DNA from: an uncultured Chloroflexia bacterium
GTDB lineage: Bacteria > Chloroflexota > Limnocylindria > Limnocylindrales > CSP1-4
DNA: 64,000 nt
Reading direction: 5' to 3'
NCBI GenBank assembly: GCA_963713975.1
Contig: OY970218.1
Coordinates: forward strand, 1,888,001 to 1,952,000
Under the pieces are notes generated by a model, which was not told the origin of the DNA, searched no databases, and saw nothing but the letters and a program-made list of their open reading frames with translations. A program made the position numbers and the translations under genes. Every line of letters begins with the position of its first letter. Position 1 is the first letter of the stretch. Below, in pieces: positions 9,577 to 17,569 of this stretch.

Positions 9577-11802
9577 ATGTCCAGTCCCGAGCCCCTGCCG
9601 GCCGGCGCGCCCGCCATCGACCTCCGGCCTCTGTTCGCCCCGCGGTCCATCGCCGTCATCGGCGCCAGCCCCCGTGGCTGGGTGGGCTCCACGCTGCGCG
9701 ACAACCTCCGCGTGATGGGCAGCGAGACCCGCTGCCACTTCGTCAACCCCAAGTACACCGAGATCGGCGGCTCGCCCTGCTGGCCGTCCCTGGAGGCGTT
9801 GCCGGAGCGGCCGGACACGGTGGTCCTGGCGGTCAACCCGCTGAGGGCCGCACGCTTTGCACAAGAGGCCGCCGACGCAGGCGTGCCGTCGCTGGTCATC
9901 CCCGGCGGTGGCGTCGTGGAGGGCGGCGAGGCCGCGGCCGAGATGCAGCGGTCCGTCCGGGACATCGCGATCCGCCACGGGATCGCGCTCCTTGGACCCA
10001 ACTGCATGGGCATGGTGGACTGGACCACCAACAGCACCAACTACATCGGTGACGTCAACCCCTGGCTGCCGCGGGGGCACGTCGCCGGGCTGGCGCAGTC
10101 GGGGAGCGTGACCGATGCGTTCCTCCATTCACCCGGGACGCGCATCGGGTACAGCCGGATCGTGTCCATCGGCGCCGAGGTGGTGCTGGACCTGTGCGAC
10201 TACCTCTCCTACTGCCTCGACGACCCCGAGACCCACGCCGTCATGCTGTTCGTTGAGGGGTTCAAGCGGCCCGAGCGGTTCCTGGCCCTGGCGGACCGGG
10301 CGCTGGCGATGGGCAAGCCGATCCTCGCGGTCAAGGTGGGCCGCTCGCCGCAGGCGCAGGAGGCCGCCGTGGCCCACAGCGGGAGCCTGGCCGGCGAGGA
10401 CCGCGTGACCGATGCCGCGCTCGAGGCGACGGGCGTCATCCGCTGCGGGGACCTGGACGAGCTGCTGGAGCAGGCCGAGCTCATCGCGGGGACCGGCCGC
10501 CTGCATCGGGGCGTGGGTCTGGGCCGGACGGGCGTGGTCACGGTGTCGACGGGCGAGGCCTCGCTGGTGGCGGACCTTGCAGACCGGACGGGCCTGCTCC
10601 TGCCGCCCGTCCCGGATGCCGCGCGCGAGGCGATCCTCGCGGGCCTGCCCACCATGGGCTACATCGGCAACCCGCTGGATCCCTGGGGCGCCGACGACGA
10701 GCGCCATGGCTACAAGGTGGCATTCGATGCCCTCGCCGCCTCGGGCGCCTACGACGTCCTGGTGGTCGTTCACGACACCCCCTTCCGTGACCTGCCCGGC
10801 GAGGTGGAGGTCGCACGGACCGTGAGCACGGCGCTGATCGATGCCACCGCCGACCGGGCTGACCTGCTGCCGGTGTACGTGTCCCTCACCGCGGGCGACG
10901 TCAGCGAGCAGGTCAAGGCCACGCTCGACGCCGCGGGCGGCATGCCGATGCTGCGCGGGGCCGTGGAGTCCTTCCTGGCGATCGCGCGCCTGGCCCGGTG
11001 GGAGGGCGTGCGACGTGACCGCCTGGTCGCGGGGCCTCGCCGGGCGGGCTGGCCGGCGCTTGCGGCCGACCACGTGCCGTGGGGCGCGGACGGGACGCCG
11101 GATCCACTCGCACGAGAGGCCGCAGGCAGGCCCCGGCGGCATGCCCTGTCAGAGCGCGAGAGCCTGGATCGCCTGGCCGCTATCGGCCTGCCGGTGACGC
11201 CGTGGCGCTGGTCGGCGCATGCCGACGGTGTCGTCGATGCCTGGCGGGAGCTCGGCGGTGGACCGGTTGCGATCAAGCTGGACGCGGAGGGCGTGGCCCA
11301 CAAGACGGACGTGGGTGGCGTCATCCTGGGCCTGGCCGACGAGGCGGCCGTCCGCGCTGCCGTGGCGGACCTCGGAGCGGCCGCCGACCGGGCCGGCGCG
11401 CGACGGCGCGGGTACCTCGTGGAACCGATGGCGCCGGCCGGCGTGGAGGTGATCGTCGGCGGGCGCCGGGACGCCGTCTTCGGACCCGCCGTCCTGGTGG
11501 GCCTCGGCGGGATCCTGGCCGAGGTCCTCGACGACGTCGCCGTGATGCTGGCACCGGTGGGGGAGGCGGAGGTCCGGCGCCGTCTCGAGGGGCTGCGAGG
11601 CGGCGCCATCCTCCGCGGTGTGCGCGGACGACCAGAGGTGGACCTGGACGCCCTTGCCGGGCTGGTGGGTGCCGTGGCGAGGGCCCTCGCGGAGGACGAC
11701 TCGATCGTCGAGATCGATCTCAACCCGGTGATCGCCTCGCCCGCGGGCGCGGTGGTCGTCGATGCGCTGGTCGTTGTCGAGGCGCCCTCGCAGCGCCGTT
11801 GA
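9577..11802 (+). CDS. acetate/acyl-CoA ligase (ADP-forming), fused alpha-beta
   Basis: PRSIAVIGAS, LGPNCMG, AQSGS, AHSGSLAG, NPLD and ATP-grasp part HKTDVGGV...EIDLNPVI. Confidence 0.9.
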   Translation: MSSPEPLPAGAPAIDLRPLFAPRSIAVIGASPRGWVGSTLRDNLRVMGSETRCHFVNPKYTEIGGSPCWPSLEALPERPDTVVLAVNPLRAARFAQEAADAGVPSLVIPGGGVVEGGEAAAEMQRSVRDIAIRHGIALLGPNCMGMVDWTTNSTNYIGDVNPWLPRGHVAGLAQSGSVTDAFLHSPGTRIGYSRIVSIGAEVVLDLCDYLSYCLDDPETHAVMLFVEGFKRPERFLALADRALAMGKPILAVKVGRSPQAQEAAVAHSGSLAGEDRVTDAALEATGVIRCGDLDELLEQAELIAGTGRLHRGVGLGRTGVVTVSTGEASLVADLADRTGLLLPPVPDAAREAILAGLPTMGYIGNPLDPWGADDERHGYKVAFDALAASGAYDVLVVVHDTPFRDLPGEVEVARTVSTALIDATADRADLLPVYVSLTAGDVSEQVKATLDAAGGMPMLRGAVESFLAIARLARWEGVRRDRLVAGPRRAGWPALAADHVPWGADGTPDPLAREAAGRPRRHALSERESLDRLAAIGLPVTPWRWSAHADGVVDAWRELGGGPVAIKLDAEGVAHKTDVGGVILGLADEAAVRAAVADLGAAADRAGARRRGYLVEPMAPAGVEVIVGGRRDAVFGPAVLVGLGGILAEVLDDVAVMLAPVGEAEVRRRLEGLRGGAILRGVRGRPEVDLDALAGLVGAVARALAEDDSIVEIDLNPVIASPAGAVVVDALVVVEAPSQRR

Positions 11803-11809
11803 GTATCGT

Positions 11810-13639
11810 ATGGACTGCGGGCACGAGCAGCGTCGCGCGGGGGCACGCCCGGCCCCGAGGAGGTCCGTGGAACGATCGGCAGTGGAGGTCACGGTCACCA
11901 GGGGTGACGCCGCCCTCGCCCGCCTGGGCAGCTCGGAGCTCCGGGTGGACTGGGGGCGGCTCCACGCTACCTGCCCGTGGTCCACGTCCTTCCAGTCGGC
12001 GGCCTTCGTCGAGTGCTGGTACCGGCTCCACGATCACCTCTACGAGCCCGTGGTCGTCGAGGGCCGAGACCCGACGGGACGCCTGGTGGGCCTACTGACG
12101 CTTGCCCGCCGCCGTTCGGGGCAACACCTGGTTGGCGCCGGGGACATCCACGCGGAGTACCAGGGCTGGATCGCCGAGCCGGCGGCCTCGGAGACGTTCG
12201 TGCGGTCGGCGCTGACGGCGCTCGAGCGTGCATTCCCGCGCGGACGCCTGCGGTTCAACTACCTCGCTCCCGGTACCCCGGTGGACTGGATCGGACGGGA
12301 CAACGCGGTCCCGAGGCGCATCCACGTCGTGACGCGCCAGCGCGGGCTGATCGACCTGTCGGACGGCTCCGACATCGAGGCTTCGCTGCGCAAAGGGCAC
12401 AACCGCAGCCGCCTCAACCACCTCCGGAGGTCCGGCGAGGTCGTCCTCGAGACCATCGACACGCCCGACGCCCTGAACGCGGTGATCGACGAGATCGCGG
12501 TCCTGTGCGATCTGCGCCAGGGTGCCGTCAACAACTCCCTCCCGTTTACCAGCAACCCGCTCAAGCGTCCGCTCCACCTCGCGCTGATGGAGCAGGGGTT
12601 GCTGCTGGTGACGGTTCTCCGCGTCGGAGGCGCGATCGCGTCGGCGCATCTCGACATGCGCAACGGGGACGAGGTCCTGGTCTACCTGATCGCGCACGCG
12701 CCGAGGTTCGCGCGGGACTCGCCGGGGAGCCTCCACATCCTGATGCTGGCGCGCGACCTCGCGCAGCACGGGGTGACGCGCTACGACCTCTCGCCCGGCA
12801 CCGGCTACAAGGACCGCTATGCGACGGAGCGCCAGCCGATCCATCGCCTGATCGTCCGGTTCGGGATGGGTGGCCGGGTTGCGGGCGACATCTCGGCACG
12901 CGCCGTGTCGATTGCCACGAAGGCTCTTGCCGCGACCGGGCGGACTCCCGTCGCGGCCCGGAACGATGCCCTGGCCGCGCGTGCCCGCATCCGGCAAGCG
13001 CTCGTCCCCGGGTCGCGCCCGAAGCCTGCCGATGACAAGGCGCTGATCCTGCGTGTTCCAGGTGCAGCCGGCGGGGCTCCCGTGGACCAGCTTGCCCTCG
13101 ACCGTCTCGGCGACCTCCTGGCCTACGACGAGTCGCGTTCCGGCGGCGTCGATCGCCAGGCGTTCCTGCAGCTTGCCCTCCTGCGGCTCGAGCTCGGCCA
13201 CCGGGCCCTGACGCGGACCCGGGACGGATGTCTCATCGAGTGCTGGTGGGCTCGTTCCCTCGCCGTCGGCGCTGCCGCTCCTGGTCGCAGGAATCCATCG
13301 TCGCCGCCACCGGGTGCGCTGCTGCTGTATGACCCGCTGGGTGTGGATGCGGACGGGACGGATGCGGCGGCCGGGGTGATGGGCCGCGTGGAGCTGGCCG
13401 CCCAGTTGATCGCGCCCGGGGCCACCACCTACGTCGCCCTACCGGCGCGCCATCAGGCACTTGGTCGTGCCCTTGGCACGGCAGGGGCCGTCGTCGTCGG
13501 CGAGGTCGCCCCAGCGTCCGATGACGGCTCGCCGGACGTGACGCCTGCCGAAGGGGCGCAACCGGTCACCGCCACGCTGCTCGAGGAGATCTCGGCGGTC
13601 CTGAGCGCCGCCGCGCACGGGAGTCGTCGCTCGGGATGA
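11810..13639 (+). CDS. GNAT-family (CelD/BcsL-like) acyltransferase with C-terminal extension
   Basis: FQSAAFVECWY, FARDSPGSLHI and YDLSPGTGYKDRYA are typical of the Acetyltransf_6/CelD type. Start uncertain. Confidence 0.7.
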   Translation: MDCGHEQRRAGARPAPRRSVERSAVEVTVTRGDAALARLGSSELRVDWGRLHATCPWSTSFQSAAFVECWYRLHDHLYEPVVVEGRDPTGRLVGLLTLARRRSGQHLVGAGDIHAEYQGWIAEPAASETFVRSALTALERAFPRGRLRFNYLAPGTPVDWIGRDNAVPRRIHVVTRQRGLIDLSDGSDIEASLRKGHNRSRLNHLRRSGEVVLETIDTPDALNAVIDEIAVLCDLRQGAVNNSLPFTSNPLKRPLHLALMEQGLLLVTVLRVGGAIASAHLDMRNGDEVLVYLIAHAPRFARDSPGSLHILMLARDLAQHGVTRYDLSPGTGYKDRYATERQPIHRLIVRFGMGGRVAGDISARAVSIATKALAATGRTPVAARNDALAARARIRQALVPGSRPKPADDKALILRVPGAAGGAPVDQLALDRLGDLLAYDESRSGGVDRQAFLQLALLRLELGHRALTRTRDGCLIECWWARSLAVGAAAPGRRNPSSPPPGALLLYDPLGVDADGTDAAAGVMGRVELAAQLIAPGATTYVALPARHQALGRALGTAGAVVVGEVAPASDDGSPDVTPAEGAQPVTATLLEEISAVLSAAAHGSRRSG

Positions 13640-13715
13640 CGTCTTCGGCATCCGTGCCGCCACGGCCGCTGCGGGTCGCTATCGGGGCCCGCGCTGCGTC
13701 TTCGGTGACGGACCC

Positions 13716-14552
13716 CTACCAGCCACGCATCTTGAACAGGACCGTGGGGATGGTCAGCGCCATGACCTTGACGTCGAGCCACAGGCTCTGGCGCTGGATG
13801 TAGCGCAGGTCCCAGGCCACCTTCGCCCGCACGTCCTCCAGGCTGGCGTCATAGGACTGGTTGATCTGCGCGAGCCCCGTGATGCCGGGCTTCACTCGAT
13901 GCCGGAACTGGTACTCCGGAATGTCCTGGCGGAGCTCGGCCACGATGGTCGGACGCTCTGGACGCGGGCCGACGATGTTCATGTCGCCGCGAATGACGTT
14001 CCACAGCTGGGGGATCTCGTCAAGGCGGTACTTGCGCAGGAACCTTCCCACGCGGGTGACGCGCGGATCAGCCTGGCTGGCCCAGACCGCGCCGGTCTCA
14101 CGTTCGGCGTTCTCGCGCATCGTCCGGAGCTTGTAGATGGTGAACGCGCGGCCACCGAGGTCCTCGCGCCGGGCTTCGTGCACCGCCCGCAGGCTGCGCC
14201 ACCGTCGATCGAGCCCCACCCGCACCTGTGTGTGCAGGATCGAGCCAGGTGAGTCGAGCCTGATCAGCACCGCGATGACGATGAGCAGCGGGAGCGTCAG
14301 AACCAGCCCCAGGACCGCGAACGCGATGTTGATCGCGCGGCTGAGCCACTCGGCCCGATCCCGGGGGGCGACAGCAGCCGGCGCATCCGCAGCAAGGGGT
14401 TGGGGCAGCTTGACCAGCCGCCCGTCGATGTAGTGTGCGCCACGGTCCTCGAGCCCGTGGCCGGTCCGACTGTCGGCCTCGAGGCGGATGACTGCCGCCA
14501 TCATTGAGTCCTGACGCGCCGTGCCGCGGTCGTGGTCAACTAAGGTCGACAT
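13716..14552 (-). CDS. priming sugar transferase (polyprenyl-phosphate phosphoglycosyltransferase)
   Basis: IYKLRTM, DPRVTRVGRFLRKYRLDEIPQLWNVIRGDMNIVGPRPERP, KPGITGLAQI. Start uncertain (14552 or 14504). Confidence 0.92.
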   Translation of the reverse strand: MSTLVDHDRGTARQDSMMAAVIRLEADSRTGHGLEDRGAHYIDGRLVKLPQPLAADAPAAVAPRDRAEWLSRAINIAFAVLGLVLTLPLLIVIAVLIRLDSPGSILHTQVRVGLDRRWRSLRAVHEARREDLGGRAFTIYKLRTMRENAERETGAVWASQADPRVTRVGRFLRKYRLDEIPQLWNVIRGDMNIVGPRPERPTIVAELRQDIPEYQFRHRVKPGITGLAQINQSYDASLEDVRAKVAWDLRYIQRQSLWLDVKVMALTIPTVLFKMRGW

Positions 14553-14795
14553 CCAATAACGGACCCCCGATTCCCCGATTTCCCCGAACGCCCGTCGCCC
14601 ATACGAGCATGACGGTCGATAATTGCTCCCCGTTGCCGGGGGATACAACCATAGTCCGATTGGGGGGGTCTGACTAGTACCAGCGGGGTAAGAATGCGGT
14701 TATCTGTTGCCCCCGGGCAACGCGCGCCCGGCGTCCGGGGGACGCCTCCGAGAGCCCTAATCGCAGCTCGCCTGGCCTGCCAATTCGGGCGCCGG

Positions 14796-15869
14796 CTACC
14801 GCCTGCCGATCCGGATGTTGTCGCTGAAGACGACGTCGCCGGAGTCGAAGAAGTCTGCCGTCGTCTGGGTGTCGGAGACGTTGCCCCGCACGATCAGCCG
14901 GCCCGTGTTGTAGATGCCCATGTCGAGCTCATCGCCGGTCAGGTCCTCGATCACCAGCGACGGCTTCGTGGCGGTCGAGTAGCCGGCGGCAGCCACCGCA
15001 TAGCCGTGAAGCCCGAAGACATCGAGCCCTTCCGCCCGCCGGATGTCGACGCCCCTCACGATGCCCTGGATGCTCATGGCGCCTTCGTCGTTGTTGGGCT
15101 CGAAATCGACCGCGTGGAGCCCGCTGTCGTGGATCCTGCCACCAAGGATGGTCACCTCCCCCGCCACGGGCGCGATCCCGTTGCGTGAGGAGCGAACCAG
15201 GTCCGGGTTGTTGATCACCACCCCGGTCGCCGGCACGTTCTTGCCCTCGACGAAGCCGACGTAGATCCCGTCGCCGCGGACATCACGCGTGACGGGGTTG
15301 TTGATGACGATCCCCGAGCCCCCATCGATCTCGATCCCGTGCTCCCACTGGTCCGGATTGTCGTCGCCGCCGTTCCACTCGTACCCGGTGCCCGTGACGG
15401 ACGGGTCGTTGAGGACGATGTCGGAGCCCGAGTTGATGACAAGGATCCCGTACGCGCCGCGGAGGGCACCCGTCAACCGGGACCCGCGGAAATCGACGGT
15501 CAGGTCCGTGGCCTTGAACTTGACGTGCGTGACCTTGTACACCCCGTCGATTGCGAGCGCGACGTGCTGGCCGTCGTGGGACCCGAGGAACGCCGCGAGC
15601 TCCTTGGAGACGTCCGTCGCGCCCGTCGGGTCACCGGCGAACACGGCGTCGTACCCGCCGTCCGCTGGTGCGCTGGCAGGCGGTTGCAGGGTCGCCGCCC
15701 CGGGCGCCGGGCTCGAGGGCTGCGCGGGCGCGGCGGCGGGTCCGGCCATGCCAAGACCCATGCCGACAAGGGCGAGACCGGCGACGATCCCGACCCCGAA
15801 CACGACCTTGCGCACGGTCAGTCGGTCACGCCACGACGGGCGCTCCCCCGGGGTCCCGAGCTGGTTCAT
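14796..15869 (-). CDS. exported/membrane-anchored right-handed beta-helix (pectin-lyase-like) protein
   Basis: N-terminal hydrophobic segment, Pro/Ala linker, GDPTGATDVS, WEHGIEIDGG, GDGIYVG, SRNGIA, VDFEPN. Confidence 0.75.
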   Translation of the reverse strand: MNQLGTPGERPSWRDRLTVRKVVFGVGIVAGLALVGMGLGMAGPAAAPAQPSSPAPGAATLQPPASAPADGGYDAVFAGDPTGATDVSKELAAFLGSHDGQHVALAIDGVYKVTHVKFKATDLTVDFRGSRLTGALRGAYGILVINSGSDIVLNDPSVTGTGYEWNGGDDNPDQWEHGIEIDGGSGIVINNPVTRDVRGDGIYVGFVEGKNVPATGVVINNPDLVRSSRNGIAPVAGEVTILGGRIHDSGLHAVDFEPNNDEGAMSIQGIVRGVDIRRAEGLDVFGLHGYAVAAAGYSTATKPSLVIEDLTGDELDMGIYNTGRLIVRGNVSDTQTTADFFDSGDVVFSDNIRIGRR

Positions 15870-17500
15870 CAAACCCCGGCGCGCCTGCCGGTCGATCGGC
15901 GCCGTACTCGCCGGTAGGCATCCAGAGCTTCGACCGAACCGTCGAACGTGTAGGTGTGCGTCCGTGAGACTCCCGGGACGCCCCGTGGGTCGATGGTGCC
16001 GACCGGGTGCTCCGCATACGCGTCGGGCGTGAGCATCGTGATCTCGGACAGGACGATGCGCCCGCCATACTCCTCGGAACAGTCCTGTCCGGGTCGGATC
16101 ATCGCCTCACCAAGCCTGAAGATGCGTCCCGCGGGTCGCGCGCGCCGGACGTCCGCCACCACGGGGTTGAGTGGATGAGGGTGCCACAGGTCGGTGATCG
16201 TCGCCGCGAAGTAGGCATGAAGCTCGTCCCACGGGTTCATGCCCTTCCCCGTCACCGCGACGAACAGCCAGTACCGGCCTTCGTGAAACAGGAGCGTCGG
16301 GTCGGACGCAGGAATGCCGTCGAGACACCGTGCCAGGCGCTCCGGAGCGGTGCCCGGGCCGGTATCCCTGAACACGTCCACGCCGCCAGCCCTGCCGCTG
16401 TCGGGCGTGAGGAGCAGCCCGACGTCAGTATGGAGAACGTGCGGGTAGGCCCGGTGCTCCAGGTCCTCGAGCACGATCCGCTCCATGGCCCACTCGCCCC
16501 CGGAGCTCCTTCCCAGGACCGTGATCCGGCCCCGATGGGCGGCATCGGGAGAATCCTCGACGAAGATCCGCGGCCCCTGGGGGGTGTCCACCACGAACGG
16601 GTCGGCATAGAAGCGACCCGCGGGCGGCTCGATCGCACGGAACCCGGCAAGGTCCACCGGCGGCACGCCGTCAGGATCCCGCTCTCGCGCCAGGACGCAC
16701 CACTCAGCGCGATACAGGAGGCGGTCAAGCGCCTTGAGCAGCACCGTGGCCGCGAGTCCCGTGAAGGGTGCACCGGAGCGAACGAACGCGTCGGGCTTGT
16801 CGGCGCTCGCGGCGACCTGTGTGTCGACCACCGCCGACGGCACCGCGTGGCCGGCCGCCAGCAGGGCAAGCCGTCGGGCCGGCAGGAGCGACGATCGCCA
16901 GTACAAGGCGTCGCGATCGCGTGCGAAGCCGATGCGATGGAGTGACCCGATCCCGGTTCCGGTCTCGACCCACTCCCCGCTGGGGAGGCGGATCGACAGC
17001 AGTGACTCGACAAGCCCGACACGGGAGGCGGGTCGGACCAGCCGGGTTCCCCGAGGGCCCCCGATGCTCGAACCGAACCGCAGCCGCCACCAGCCCTGCG
17101 GGGGGATCGCCCTCGGCACGCCGATCGCAGCCGGGGCGAGGTCGATGAGGATGTCCGCCGCAGCGTCACGGATGGCGTCGGCCTCCGCCGCGATACTGGC
17201 ATTTCGGATGGTCCGGATTCCCGGCGCCGCGATGTCAACGGAGCGAGCCGCGAGCGCCGACGGACCGCCGCGGAGGGCCCGACGCTCGAGCGACGTGTAG
17301 GTCGATTCGAGGATGTGCCGTGGACCGCCCCCCTCCGGGCGTCGTCGCCCCACCGGTCCCGTGGCATGGACGAGGACCACCGCTGCCCCCGCGACCTTGA
17401 GGATCTCCTCCACGGCGGCTGCCACGAACGCGGGAACCGGGCCCCCTGGGATCCGCAGGGCGACCCGGACCGGTGGTCGAGCGACGTGGTGGTCCGTCAT
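15869..17500 (-). CDS. beta-propeller protein (GINT1 N-terminal / GH43-like) associated with polysaccharide loci
   Basis: FYADPFVV, AYPHV, DPTLLFHEGRYWLF, HPLNPVVADVRRARPAG, RPGQDCSEEYG. Confidence 0.65.
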   Translation of the reverse strand: MTDHHVARPPVRVALRIPGGPVPAFVAAAVEEILKVAGAAVVLVHATGPVGRRRPEGGGPRHILESTYTSLERRALRGGPSALAARSVDIAAPGIRTIRNASIAAEADAIRDAAADILIDLAPAAIGVPRAIPPQGWWRLRFGSSIGGPRGTRLVRPASRVGLVESLLSIRLPSGEWVETGTGIGSLHRIGFARDRDALYWRSSLLPARRLALLAAGHAVPSAVVDTQVAASADKPDAFVRSGAPFTGLAATVLLKALDRLLYRAEWCVLARERDPDGVPPVDLAGFRAIEPPAGRFYADPFVVDTPQGPRIFVEDSPDAAHRGRITVLGRSSGGEWAMERIVLEDLEHRAYPHVLHTDVGLLLTPDSGRAGGVDVFRDTGPGTAPERLARCLDGIPASDPTLLFHEGRYWLFVAVTGKGMNPWDELHAYFAATITDLWHPHPLNPVVADVRRARPAGRIFRLGEAMIRPGQDCSEEYGGRIVLSEITMLTPDAYAEHPVGTIDPRGVPGVSRTHTYTFDGSVEALDAYRRVRRRSTGRRAGV

Positions 17501-17569
17501 TGGACGGAAAGCGTATCGCGCCGTCCGCTGAGGATCGGCGCGATACGTCCGGGTTGCCGAGGTCGGAGG

